A stretch of 63,707 nucleotides of DNA, counting the filler. It is 9 parts of 9 records of this genome, joined end to end, with 100 filler letters (N's around TTAATTAATTAA, not from the genome) between each part and the next. Parts side by side here need not be neighbours in the genome. Positions count along the whole stretch, not along the records: positions 50,428 to 58,209 come from SRR31147125_51637; positions 58,310 to 63,707 come from SRR31147125_51918; 7 more parts are not named here. One strand, written 5' to 3'. The position numbers were made by a program, and so were the translations under genes. Of the stretch, positions 51,976-63,600 are shown piece by piece. The notes beneath the pieces are model-generated. The model was not told the DNA's origin, searched no databases, and saw only the letters and a program-made list of their open reading frames with translations. The stretch's first letter is position 1. Every line of letters begins with the position of its first letter.

Positions 51976-53985
51976 ATGAAAATTAGACTGATTTTATTGC
52001 TGTTGATTATTCAAAATGTTTCGGTAGCACAAGTTAAAAAAGGTGCGTTTACCGACCCGCGTGATGGTAAAGTTTATAAAACAATTACCGTTAATGGCTA
52101 TACATGGATGGCTGAAAACCTGAATTATGAAATTGCAGGTAGTTGGCATTGGGGTGATAATCCTGTCAATGGCGAAAAGTATGGACGTTTATATAAGTTT
52201 AACACGGCTTTGAAAGCTGCACCTGCCGGGTGGCATGTTGCTTCCGATGAAGAATGGGATGCCTTGGAAAAGGCTGTAGGTGGAAATGAAATTGCCGGAA
52301 AGTATTTAAAGAGTACTGATAGCTGGGCAGAAAATGGTAACGGTTCAGATAAAATAGGTTTTTGCGCATTACCCGGTGGCGACCGTTATATCGATGGAAC
52401 GTATCGGCATCTGGGAAAACAAGGCTGTTGGTGGTCGGTTGGAGCAGGTGTAAAACAAGTTGCCAATCGTAGACTTATGGGATATGATTATGATTACGTC
52501 TATAATCATGAGCGTGGTTTGGGATATGCACGTTATGTACGTTGTGTTAAAGATTATCCCAAAGAAAAACCAAAGTTTGAAGCATCCATTGAATCTTTAA
52601 AACAGTATGAATGTCCTGAATGGTTTCGCGATGCAAAGTTTGGAATATATGTAACCTGGGGAGTATTTTCGGTAGCTGAGTTTGGAGAATGGTATCCCCG
52701 CTATATGTATTGGGAAGGCACCGATGTTTATCAGCACCACTTAAAAAACTATGGGCATCCATCAGAATTTGGGTACAAAGATTTTATTCCGATGTGGAAA
52801 GCCGAAAAATTTGACCCCGATGCTTTGATAGCCTTGTTTAAAGAAGCAGGGGCAAAATATTTTACACCATGCGCCGTACATCACGATAATTTTGATTTGT
52901 GGAATTCGAAATATCACGAATGGAATGCTGTGAATATGGGACCGAAGAAAGACATTATTGGAATGTGGAAAAAAGCAACACATAAAGCGGGTTTACGTTT
53001 TGGTGTAACCACACATTTGGCACGCAGTTATACATGGATGAATACTGCAAACTCAGCCGATACACGTGGTCCGAAAAAAGGAGTGCCTTACGATGCATTA
53101 CAAGGCAAGGGAAATGGTCTATATCCATCAAACGATGGGCAAAGTACCATGCTGAATCCTCAGGAAGATTCGCCTAGAGCATGGCGGGAAAGCTGGTTTA
53201 ATAGAATAAAGCAGCTTATTGACGACTACCAGCCCGACCATATGTATTTTGATGGTGCCGTACCCTTTGCAGGCAGCGATAAAGGGCAAACAGGAATGGA
53301 CCTTATGGCACATTATTACGATACACGCCCCGAGGGTTTCTTGTGTTACAAACAAAGGCGTTCGGGTATTTTTGTTGAGGGAATGGGAACGCTTGACCAC
53401 GAACGTGGAAAAGCTGAGAAAATTTTTAAGGAACCCTGGCAAACGGATGATGCGCTTGGCCCGTGGAGCTACATAAAAGATGCAACTTATATGACACCTG
53501 ATTTGGTAATCGATAAATTGGTTGATATTGTAAGTAAAAACGGAAATATGCTTTTGTGTGTTCCGTTGAAAGCTGAGGGAACTCTTGACGACGAAACCAT
53601 ACAGATATTGAAAAACGTGGGCGATTGGTTTAAAATGAATGGTGAAGCAATTTATGGTTCGCGCCCATGGCATACTTCAGGAGAGGGTGAAAGTGGTATT
53701 GGTGATTGGGACCAAAAATCGCAAATGACTTCTCGTGATATTCGGTTTACTACAAAGGGTAACACGCTTTATGCGATTGTTTTGGATTGGGCAGATAAAA
53801 ATAACCGCGTAACAATTAATAAGCTTGGTAGCGAAAAATTGAAAGCAGGTAAAATAAGAAGTGTTGAAATGATTGGCTACGGTGGCAATTTAAAATGGGA
53901 ACAATTTGGCGACAGGCTACAGGTGCAGTTTCCTAAAAAGAAAGTTGGCAACTATGCCCATGTGTTAAAAATTGAGATGGAATAA
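51976..53985 (+). CDS. FISUMP (Fibrobacter major paralogous) domain fused to GH29 alpha-L-fucosidase
   Basis: FTDPRDGKVYKT…WMAENLNY…YGRLY…VRCVKD, then PEWFRDAKFGI, HHDNFDLW, YFDG and DIVSKNGNMLL. Confidence 0.88.
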   Translation: MKIRLILLLLIIQNVSVAQVKKGAFTDPRDGKVYKTITVNGYTWMAENLNYEIAGSWHWGDNPVNGEKYGRLYKFNTALKAAPAGWHVASDEEWDALEKAVGGNEIAGKYLKSTDSWAENGNGSDKIGFCALPGGDRYIDGTYRHLGKQGCWWSVGAGVKQVANRRLMGYDYDYVYNHERGLGYARYVRCVKDYPKEKPKFEASIESLKQYECPEWFRDAKFGIYVTWGVFSVAEFGEWYPRYMYWEGTDVYQHHLKNYGHPSEFGYKDFIPMWKAEKFDPDALIALFKEAGAKYFTPCAVHHDNFDLWNSKYHEWNAVNMGPKKDIIGMWKKATHKAGLRFGVTTHLARSYTWMNTANSADTRGPKKGVPYDALQGKGNGLYPSNDGQSTMLNPQEDSPRAWRESWFNRIKQLIDDYQPDHMYFDGAVPFAGSDKGQTGMDLMAHYYDTRPEGFLCYKQRRSGIFVEGMGTLDHERGKAEKIFKEPWQTDDALGPWSYIKDATYMTPDLVIDKLVDIVSKNGNMLLCVPLKAEGTLDDETIQILKNVGDWFKMNGEAIYGSRPWHTSGEGESGIGDWDQKSQMTSRDIRFTTKGNTLYAIVLDWADKNNRVTINKLGSEKLKAGKIRSVEMIGYGGNLKWEQFGDRLQVQFPKKKVGNYAHVLKIEME

Positions 53986-54111
53986 TAAAGATAAGTTTGG
54001 ACAAGGTGGGTAAATGAATACCATTTTAGGTTAATTTACGCCCCCAATTATATTTCAATTTCCACTTTCTTTGTAAGTATAAATAATAAAATTATGCTTT
54101 GGAATGCTTAC

Positions 54112-54160
54112 CATTCTCCACTTTAGGGGAGATGTCCGACAAAGGAGGACAGAGGGGTGA
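54112..54160. repeat. Short intergenic palindromic element of Bacteroidota type
   Basis: ctccactttagggggag-atgtccg…ggaca-gagggg nested hairpins. Confidence 0.45.
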
Positions 54161-54190
54161 TTTCGTACTTCAAGCATCAAACTTTTCAAT

Positions 54191-55585
54191 ATGTACAAAA
54201 TAAAATACCTATTAACGCTACTTTTAATTGTTTCAGTAAGTGCTGTATTCGCACAAAAACAGCCCAATATTATTCTCCTTTATTCTGATGACGCAGGTTA
54301 TGCCGATTTCGGTTTCCAGGGAAGTAAAATAATGAAAACGCCAAACCTCGATAAATTGTGTGAAAGTGGTGTTCGTTTTTCGCAAGGTTACATGTCGGGT
54401 TCAACTTGTGGACCATCGCGCGCCGGGCTTTTCACCGGAAAATACCAACAGCGTTTTGGTGCTGAAGAAAATGGCGTTCCTGGTTTTATGAGTAAAGTTA
54501 CTGCTGCGGACGGTGAAGATATGGGCGTTCCCTTATCTGAAAAAATGATGGGTGAATACCTGAAAGAATTGGGCTACGCAACTGCTTACTACGGAAAGTG
54601 GCATTTAGGTGGCGCCGACCGTTTTCATCCGACAAAACGTGGATACGACGAATTTTATGGTTTCCGCGGTGGTGCCCGCAGTTACTGGGCGTATCCCGAA
54701 GATTACGATTATAAAATGAATTGGTTAGAGAAAGGTTTTGGCAACTATGAAGAACCGGATAAATACCTAACCGATAGATTGGCAGAAGAAGCCTGCGATT
54801 TTATTGAACGCAACAAAGAGCGTCCGTTTTTGGCCGTGCTGGCATTTAATGCGGTGCATACTCCAATGCATGCCACCGACGATGATATGCTTTTATATCC
54901 TGAACTTTCAGGACTTCGCCAACAGGTTGCAGCCATGACTTCGGGGCTTGACCGTGCTTGCGGCTTAGTGCTTGATAAGTTGGAAGAACTGGGGATTGAC
55001 GACAATACAATTGTAGTGTTTACCAACGATAATGGCGGTCCTACCGATAAAAATGCATCGTGTAACTGGCCGCTTGCCGGAACAAAATCGAACCAGTACG
55101 AAGGTGGAATTCGTGTGCCTTTTGTAATGAAATGGCCCGGGCAAATTAAAGCCGGCACCGAGTATAATAACCCAATTATTGCACTCGACCTTATTCCAAC
55201 ATTTGTAGCAGCTGCAGGTGGTGATGCCGATAAACTTTCCGACTTGGATGGTGTAAATATTTTGCCTCATATAAATGGCGAAAAAACAGAGCGACCACAC
55301 GAAATATTATTCTGGAAAAAAGAGGTGCGTGCCACAATCCGTAAAGGTGATTGGAAGCTGATGCGCCACATCGACCGCCCGGCTGAGTTATACAATATTG
55401 CAGAAGATACTTCGGAACGAAATGATTTGGCAGCCCAATATCCCGAAAAAGTAAAAGCCATGTTTAAAGAACTTTACGAATGGGAATTGACATTGGAGCG
55501 CCCACGCTGGCTGCTCGACCGTAAATACGAAAAAGTAGACATCGACCGCATGAACCTTTATCGCGAAGTGCCTGCGGAATATTAA
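54191..55585 (+). CDS. Formylglycine-dependent S1 sulfatase (Cys-type)
   Basis: [30 protein letters not shown] and NDNGG motifs; signal peptide. Confidence 0.95.
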   Translation: MYKIKYLLTLLLIVSVSAVFAQKQPNIILLYSDDAGYADFGFQGSKIMKTPNLDKLCESGVRFSQGYMSGSTCGPSRAGLFTGKYQQRFGAEENGVPGFMSKVTAADGEDMGVPLSEKMMGEYLKELGYATAYYGKWHLGGADRFHPTKRGYDEFYGFRGGARSYWAYPEDYDYKMNWLEKGFGNYEEPDKYLTDRLAEEACDFIERNKERPFLAVLAFNAVHTPMHATDDDMLLYPELSGLRQQVAAMTSGLDRACGLVLDKLEELGIDDNTIVVFTNDNGGPTDKNASCNWPLAGTKSNQYEGGIRVPFVMKWPGQIKAGTEYNNPIIALDLIPTFVAAAGGDADKLSDLDGVNILPHINGEKTERPHEILFWKKEVRATIRKGDWKLMRHIDRPAELYNIAEDTSERNDLAAQYPEKVKAMFKELYEWELTLERPRWLLDRKYEKVDIDRMNLYREVPAEY

Positions 55586-55592
55586 AGTTTTT

Positions 55593-55826
55593 GCACCGTG
55601 GCTTCAGCCCGGTGTTTTCAAGGATGAAGAGAAAAAAGGCTTTAGCCATTAACAAATTATATTAACGGCTAAAGCCTTTCTTTTTTCTATTTCTGTAATT
55701 GCCAAGCTAAAAAGATTGTTTGAAAATGACTAACTCCGGCATTCATGCCGGACAGTTGAGATTAAGGGCTAAAGCCCGTTTTTGAGTTTAATTAAAATCC
55801 ACGGCATGAATGCCGTGGTTAGTCAA
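55593..55826. repeat. Cluster of REP-like palindromes (BIME-like)
   Basis: caccgtggcttcagcccggtg; aggctttagcc…ggctaaagcct; ccggcattcatgccgg; gggctaaagccc; ccacggcatgaatgccgtgg; flanking tgactaac…gttagtca inverted repeat. Confidence 0.75.
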
Positions 55827-56043
55827 AAAATACAATTTTAATCAGCTTATAAAGCATGGCGTAAAATTGTATTTCACTGCAAATTCTCTGTAAACTCTGC
55901 AGAAAAATCCCCAAGGGTAAAATAGTACCAATACCAGATAAATTTCATAAATCAGAATTTACAGGAATATTGTTTTTTTGTAATTGTAAAGAAGAGAGCT
56001 AATTTAAGGCTCATGTAATTTGACAAATCAATAAATAATCAAT

Positions 56044-58065
56044 ATGAAACGACTTATCATTCTTACAATTTGTGCACTTTTCGTGCAAGTCTCCTTTGCA
56101 CAGGAGCACGGAATCATTGACAATTCGAAAAGCCCTTACGTACAATTAAAATCTATCGACATGGGCGACTGTGTGTGGACCGATGGATTTTGGGCCGAAC
56201 GTTTTAAAGTGGCTACCGAACACATGGTGCCTTACATGGGGAAACTGCTGTGTGGTGATGTTGGTCATGCGCTAAATAACTTTAAAATTGCTGCCGGCGA
56301 AAAAGAAGGCGAGCACAAAGGAATGCGTTGGCACGACGGCGATTTCTATAAATATATGGAAGCCATGTCGTATGTGTACGCACAAACTAAAGACCCAAAA
56401 TATTTAGAAACACTTGACGAGTACATCCGGATAATTGGCAAAGCTCAAATGGAAGACGGTTATTTGCAAACGCAAATTCAGCTAAACGACAAAGTTGACC
56501 GTTACGAAAACCGTAAATACCATGAAATGTACAATACCGGGCACCTGTTAACCAGTGCTTGTATTCACCATCGTATGACAGGGCAAACCAATTTCCTCGA
56601 CATTGCAGTGAAACATGCCGATTTGTTGTACACCCTGTTTATGCCCGAAGATAAAAAGTACGGTCGTTTTGGTTTTAACCAGACACAAATTATGGGATTG
56701 GTTGAATTGTATCGTACCGTTGGAGATAAAAAATATTTGAAACTGGCTGAGAAATTCATCAACAATCGTGGTAAATACAAAGTAGAAGAAACGCCTGCAA
56801 CCGAAGGTTATCCAATTGGAGATATGGTTCAGGAATTTACGCCATTGCGCGAATCGGACGAAGCTGTTGGGCACGCTGTTTTGGCTCTTTATTATTATGC
56901 AGGAGCTGCCGATGTGTATGCCGAAACTGGTGAAAAAGCTTTAATTGATGCCCTTGACAAATTATGGTATAACGTTACCGAACAAAAAATGTATGTAACC
57001 GGAGCACTTGGTCAAACACACTACGGAGCATCGACCAACCGCCAGATGATTGAGGAAGGTTTTATCGATGCTTATATGATGCCAAACATGACCGCTTACA
57101 ACGAAACCTGTGCGAATATTTGTAACTCGATGTTCAGTAAACGAATGCTGGAAATTCATGGCGAATCGAAATATGCCGATATAATGGAGCTTGTAATTTT
57201 CAACAGTGGTCTTTCAGGAATTAGTTTGGACGGAGAGGAATATTACTATGCTAATCCACTGCGTGTTATCAACGATTCGCGCGATTACGATAAACTGGTA
57301 ACTGAATTCCCTGAGCGTCAGCCATATTTAGAGTGTTTCTGTTGTCCTCCGAATTTAGTTCGTACCGTTTGTAAAGTGTCGGGCTGGGCATACAGCAAAG
57401 CCGAAAATGGTATTGCCGTAAACTTGTATGGTGGAAATAAATTAACCACAACTCTTGCCGATGATTCTGAAATTGAATTGAACCAGGTAACCAAATATCC
57501 ATGGGAAGGAAGAGTCGAAATCACTGTTGAAAAATGTAAAAAAGATGCATTTGATATTATGCTGCGTATTCCGCGTTGGGCAAGAGGTTCTTCAGTAAAA
57601 GTTAATGGCGAAGATGCAGGCGTTACAGCAAAAGAAGGAGAGTTTGCAACTATTTCGCGCAAATGTAAAAAAGGCGATGTTATTACTTTAAATATGCCAA
57701 TGGATGTAAAATATGTTGAAGGTCACACCCGCATTGAAGAGGTTCGTAACCAGGTAGCTGTTCAGCGCGGCCCTGTTGTATATTGTGTTGAATCGCCAGA
57801 TTTACCCGAAGGAACAAAAATTACCGACGTGTATTTGAAAAGCAGTACTCCGATTAAAGCCGAATTCAAAAAAGATTTATTGGATGGCGTAACAGTTTTA
57901 AGTACTGAGCTTTTGATTCGTACAAACAACAACGAAGAAAGTATGTACCGCGAAGTGAAAAAGCCGGAGTTTAAAACATATAAAACGCAGCTTGTACCCA
58001 ATTACGCATGGAGTAACCGCGGACAAGGTGAAATGACTGTGTTTATGCCAATTATTTGGGAATAA
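56044..58065 (+). CDS. Glycoside hydrolase family 127
   Basis: HEMYNTGH, GHAV, YNETCA, CFCCPPN and RGPVVYCVE motifs; signal peptide. Confidence 0.93.
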   Translation: MKRLIILTICALFVQVSFAQEHGIIDNSKSPYVQLKSIDMGDCVWTDGFWAERFKVATEHMVPYMGKLLCGDVGHALNNFKIAAGEKEGEHKGMRWHDGDFYKYMEAMSYVYAQTKDPKYLETLDEYIRIIGKAQMEDGYLQTQIQLNDKVDRYENRKYHEMYNTGHLLTSACIHHRMTGQTNFLDIAVKHADLLYTLFMPEDKKYGRFGFNQTQIMGLVELYRTVGDKKYLKLAEKFINNRGKYKVEETPATEGYPIGDMVQEFTPLRESDEAVGHAVLALYYYAGAADVYAETGEKALIDALDKLWYNVTEQKMYVTGALGQTHYGASTNRQMIEEGFIDAYMMPNMTAYNETCANICNSMFSKRMLEIHGESKYADIMELVIFNSGLSGISLDGEEYYYANPLRVINDSRDYDKLVTEFPERQPYLECFCCPPNLVRTVCKVSGWAYSKAENGIAVNLYGGNKLTTTLADDSEIELNQVTKYPWEGRVEITVEKCKKDAFDIMLRIPRWARGSSVKVNGEDAGVTAKEGEFATISRKCKKGDVITLNMPMDVKYVEGHTRIEEVRNQVAVQRGPVVYCVESPDLPEGTKITDVYLKSSTPIKAEFKKDLLDGVTVLSTELLIRTNNNEESMYREVKKPEFKTYKTQLVPNYAWSNRGQGEMTVFMPIIWE

Positions 58066-58087
58066 AAGGTAGTCTAAAATAATTCAC

Positions 58088-58123
58088 TGAAGGTGTTAGT
58101 TTTAAGTAGCTAACGCCTTTTTT
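58088..58123 (+). terminator. Rho-independent terminator
   Basis: GAAGGTGTTAGT…AGCTAACGCCTT stem plus T-tract. Confidence 0.75.
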
Positions 58124-58309
58124 ATTTGATATTTTGTTTTGCCAGATTGAATAATACTATGTATATCCGCGTTGTATTAGCATTAGCACGTCATGCTGTC
58201 CGGCAGCTGNNNNNNNNNNNNNNNNNNNNNNNNNNNNNNNNNNNNNNNNNNNNTTAATTAATTAANNNNNNNNNNNNNNNNNNNNNNNNNNNNNNNNNNN
58301 NNNNNNNNN

Positions 58310-59486
58310 CCATCCCATCCCATCCCATCCCATCCCATACAACAGACCTGTGTGATGGCATCCTTGGCTGCCTGTCCCTCGGCATCCTTTCGATTCCTTC
58401 CCATACCATCTCCCCACACCGTCTCCCCATCGCCTTACAGGATCGTTACAGGAGGAAGAAGATAGATAGGCACGGCGGATGGCGTACCCACGGGAACACC
58501 TACTGTCGCTTTAAATCCCTCTTGGGTGTCCTCTACGCGATACAATGCCGTCGTCGCTGGTCCTGGACATAAGCCACAAAATACACGCACCCATACCCAC
58601 AGATACATACCCAGTGATGCACATAATTCATTGAGTTGAGTCTTATACCAACCCGACGCGTCATCTGATCCGCCTCCACCTAACACGTAGAAAGATTGGC
58701 GTATCCTTCATGATCAAACAGCAGACGTACGATGGGAAGAAGAGGCCTGCATTGGCACAAGAAGTTCCAACAAATCCGCCGCTGCGGCACCCTCAGCCTC
58801 CTTCTTTGTGCGTCCCTACGGAACTCCTCATCACACACCTCCACACACTTCCCTACGCACACCTGTCCCTCTGCCTGCAAGGAATCTTCACTCTCCACAG
58901 AACCTGGAATGGGTGGAACGGATACACGAACCCCAATGTCCGTGCATGGTCAGGGCCTCGTGTCCACAGAAGTGTATAGGATGGAACGATTCCGTGTCGT
59001 AAACACAGTTCGTTCAGACGTGACTTTGCTCCGGATGTGTCTTGCCTTGGAGGACAAGGGGGTTGGGATGGGGGTTGAGGTTGAGGTTGAGGTTGAGGTT
59101 GAGGTTGGGATGGGAAGGTTAGGGGGGTGTAGGGAGGAAGATGGGGCGACGGTATTGTGCGTTGTGACTTGCCCTTCATGTATTGAAGTACTTCCAGAGC
59201 GGCCTCCTCCTTTGCTTCCGGCTTTGTTGGACCACGACCTTTTCCACGGATTTCCCCAACCTTGGATGGGGCGTTAAGTTCCTTCCTCTCCGGCCAACGA
59301 AACGCACTTGTACTTGAACCGAGTGAACGGGCATGTGGGAGGGTCTGGAGGTCCGGTGTGTGTGGGTGTGTGGGGGTGTGTGTGCCGTACACCCGGAACG
59401 GACCCTTCCGTTTGACAGGACCATACAGGCTCCACACCCATCCTCTGACACCTTTCATGGAGCAACGAACGGTAGTTCTGACTCAT
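58310..59486 (-). CDS. Eukaryotic intron-containing protein with at least three dsRNA-binding domains, 3'-truncated
   Basis: NYRSLLHERCQ…GRGPTKPEAKEEAALEVL; AKSRLNELCL…GPDHART…GRTKKEAEGAAAADLL; YKTQLNELCA…GRNRKDAEGQAAKDAI. Exon boundaries approximate. Confidence 0.78.
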
Positions 59487-60374
59487 GGCAAAGACAAGTG
59501 ACTGGGAAGAATTTTAATGAATTAATTAATGAATTGCATCATTATGGAACAAGGTGAGTCCATCTCCTCCGTCTTCTCTCTCCCCCCTTCCATGAAGAAT
59601 GCTAATTGTACGTGAGAAGGAAGGGAAGGGGACACGAAGGTGGAGTGGGGTGGAGTGGGGTGGAGTGTGTGTGTGTGTGTGCATGGAGGAGACAAGAGGG
59701 GTGGGGAGACGTTGTTCCAAGTCGTTGACTCGTGACACAGCACGAACCGACCCGCTTGGGTCGGAGTCCCGCATGAGGAGGAACACTAACGAGGATCTCC
59801 ACTTCATGTCCGTCCCACCTCGTCCGCCTTTCAGCGAAGCCGCCTTGCGAGGTGTAGGAAGTCCTGCGGGATCCGATGTGGGGGGTATCACACCCAAGTC
59901 GTACGTCCAACATCCTACCTCACCCACATGCCCATCCCCCACCTCCATAACCCACGGAACAGATTCCTCTCTGATGGAATGCTTGAGGTCGGTGTTGTAA
60001 TGAGACACTTACGAAGTGGGGATCCACGCATGTGCAAGAAGGCTCTCCACGTGCTTGCAAAGTACGGTCTAGGAGGGTGCACTGTTCATGGGAGAGGAGT
60101 GGTTACATGGGGAGTGAGGTAGACAAGCGGCCGAGAACCCTGAAGAAATCGAACCTCTTCTTCGAGACTTGCTGCAATGGGCACGAAGTGGGACGTCCCC
60201 ACAACGAGAACAGTCTCTTATGATGTCTCGTGCAGGTGGATGTGAGGGAAACGCCGATGGGATGCTAAAGGTGGCACGCATTGTGTCCGCCGTGAACAAA
60301 AAGTGCCCACGCACGGGGTGTGTGTGTGTGTGTGTGGTTTTGTATGTGTGGGAACGTGACGATGAGCCTGAACA

Positions 60375-63300
60375 ATGAGTAGGACAACCCATTTCTTTCT
60401 GATTGTGGATCTATTGGAGAATCTGGCACGCCAGGAGATGGCCGAGGGTCGGGTGGTGGGGTATTCAGACGAGGTACTCTTGTATTGTTCGCACGTGAGA
60501 AGACATTAATCGTCTCTCAGCGTGCTGTGGTTGGAAATGCAGCCATTCTGTTGTTTCAAGCGGTCCAGCAGACGCTGTCCACGGATGTTGCAGCCTTAGA
60601 GGGTGCTTTGCCCATGCTCTTCAACTTATTGACAAAAGATCACTCTGGTGAGTACATCAAACCACACGTGCCAGCCACATCAGGGGCTGACACGGGTGGT
60701 TCGTAGTTCGATTTGCTTCTTATGGAGTGATTGCGCCTGTGTCCATGTCCTCTCCCCAGCTTCTTGCCAACTACGTGGGCCTCCGTGTCCGATCCTCTCG
60801 TGGGACATTGCTTACCTCCTCTTGCTCTCAGGTTCCTCAGTTGTTTGCTGTGGTTCGACAGTTCGCAAACCTCCTCATCCCTCTTCTCAACCTATACGCT
60901 GTCTGTCCCGACCACTTTGTTGCACACGTGGATGTGCTGTTTGGTACGTGGGTTGAGTGTTGTCGGTGTGGCGTGATGCAACTCCCTTCAGACATCTATG
61001 AGAACGAATCAAGTAATCGAGCTGCTTTGGTTGAGATATTCGGAGACATGGCAAAGCGACAGCCACTCGCTCTTGAACCGTACGTTCCCATACTGGGCAT
61101 CCCCTATACTTACCACAAAACCCACTAGACACGTCACCAAGCTTCGAACTTCACTGGAAGGCAACAAGGAAGCCGGATTTGCTGTGGCGGTCATTCGGGT
61201 TTGTGTCCGTCACCATCATCATCATCATCATCATCATGGAGACACACAGCTCACATCTCCCCACAGGAGGTAGCGATGCGGCGCCCCGTATCTGTCTTGC
61301 CCTTGGTTCCAGCCTTGTGTAAGGTCATGCCACGGATTGCCAAGGAATCGAAGACGGTGATTGATTTGGTTGGGGAGATGACAACAGTACGGTAACACAT
61401 GTGCAGATTCGAATAGGGTTAATTCAAACCATGGGATTGCTTGCCAGGACATCTGAGGATGCGATTCATGATGGTGGGTGACGGTGTGGTACCTTGTAGC
61501 GTCCTGATGCCCGTGCAGCAATGAGTCTTTTTGCCTCCATTCTGAAAAAGTCGTTTACGGACACAGATGCCGTCCTATACAAGGTGCGATGTTTGCTCGT
61601 ATACAAGGGTGGCCCAGCTTATCCTGTGTCTAGACTCTCATCCCCACAGTACTTCTCGAAATGGGGCGAATTGCACAACCCAACCCACAGATCTTGGTGG
61701 GTGGGTGTATGCGTCTGCCTGTCTCTGTTTGTAATGTCCCGTTAGATGCCTCATGTGGAATTGATTCGACGCTTAACAAACGAACAATCTACACCTATTC
61801 GTAGGAGTGCGAGTGCCCTTGTGCAACTTGCGGAAAGCCACGTACCTCTTCCCAACGATTTTGATGACACATTGGAGAGTGGAACCCGAATCACGCCACG
61901 GGAGGCAGCACCCCCACCCCCATCACAAGCACAAGTAGATCGGCGACGAGACATTGTGAAAGAACCACCCAAATGGGTTCCGGACATGGCGGCGCCCCAG
62001 GTGGGTTGGACTCCCGCCCCCGTCTCCCATTTGCCTGAATGGTTGGTGATCCAGTGTTTCAAATGTGGAGCGACGTTTTGGCTTCTGCGGCGTAGACATC
62101 ACTGTCGACACTGTGGACAAGTGTTGTGCAAGGCGTGTACCTCAAACAGCTTTCCACTTCCCCAATTCGGCGCCCAGTGCGTCTCAAATCGGATACCATG
62201 CAATTCTTCTCATCTATTGGGCACAGGTTTGAGCGGCCCGTCCGTGTATGTGATGACTGCTACGGAACTCTTTGCAGTACGTAGAAGGCACAGAAGAAGC
62301 TCCATCATCCAATCTATATGACGACACAGAGGATGAAATGAAAAAACGGAATCAGACCCTTCCCATCCAGACAATGCAGAAATCGGGTTACATGCACGAC
62401 GTGAGGTGTGTTGTCTCGTGTCTCTCGTGGTTTGTCATTCATTACACCGACTCTTGGATCCAGGAAGAAACTCTTCTTCACACGAAGTCGACGTATGTGG
62501 TTTGTGTTGGGAGAGCAACAGCTAGATGCCTATAGTCAAGCAAGAGTACGTGTCCTGCCTGTCTGCCTGTCTGTTTGCCGGCCTGCCCTCTCATCCCAAT
62601 GATTTCAGTCCTCGAAGCGTTTGACGACTGTGAAACTTGGGGACATCCTTCGTCTCAGGTACACCACGGGCTACTACGGGATTCCCCAGACCTCGATTTC
62701 TCACAATCCCCGCCCGTCCTGTAAGTGAGTCCAAGCTTGGATCCACCTTTGCCCTTTCCACAAGAAAGGGGACGACTGTTCTTCGAGCAGACAGTGCATC
62801 CGATCGTGAGCAATGGACGTGCGTACTCTTGATTGTAGGTGTGTGTGATTCTCGTGATTCTTACAAGGTGTGATCGGGATAGTCGTGCCATCCAGTGTAA
62901 CATGTCGGCATTAGCCCAATCAGGTCTTCTCTAGTAAACGATCCCATGATCCTGTGTTCCTACGGAAGAAAGAGAGTGGAGCACGTGAACGCTGGGGATG
63001 CCAATGGGAAGACACGGCAACCCAACCGCCTCACTCCCCCCCTCCCGTCCCCGTATGGAGGATCCCCCGCCCTTGTACGATGCGGCTCGTCCCACTCCCT
63101 TGCTCGCACGCGTACTAGAGAAACGTCATCGGGGGACCACAAGCCCCAAACGGAGGAAGAGTCGATCCGGACACCACCGCTCCTCCCCCTCCCGGTTCTT
63201 CCTTCCCATCGTACGGCCTTCCAACGATGTCTAGAAGAAGTCAACGGGGATGTATCTGCTCTGTTACAATCCCTTGCCCAATGGCTGCGGGAAGAGGGCC

Positions 63301-63600
63301 GGGTGAGGAGGGAAGGGGTCAACCACCATCGGGTTGGCTGATGGTGTTTCGTGTTTCGTGTTAGAACGAAGACATTGAACGGATCCTTGTCGCTCCCGAT
63401 CCACGCGTGAAGGCACTCCACGAGGCCGTGCGCACGATGCAGGTAAGGGGGATATGAGGGTTTCAGGCCACCAGTGTCATGGGCTCACGATGCGCAGATT
63501 GGTCAGTGGAGACGTGCGTCGGTTGCGTTGGAGGATGCACCTCGAGGTTCCTTCCCATCGACGCCTGGATCGTCGGACGACGAGAACAATCGGGGGGCGT
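60375..63600 (+). CDS. Eukaryotic multi-exon protein: helical N-terminal region, FYVE zinc finger and PH domain (3' end uncertain)
   Basis: Removing GT-AG introns 62001-62054 and 62177-62226 gives WVPD…CFKC…RRRHHCRHCGQVLCKAC…PVRVCDDC. PH pieces: KSGYM, RRMWFVL, LRADSASDREQW. Confidence 0.8.

Noticed and set aside
59520-60370. Possible third eukaryotic gene between the dsRBD and FYVE genes
   Set aside because: Splice-like signals are present, but I could not assemble a convincing or recognisable product.
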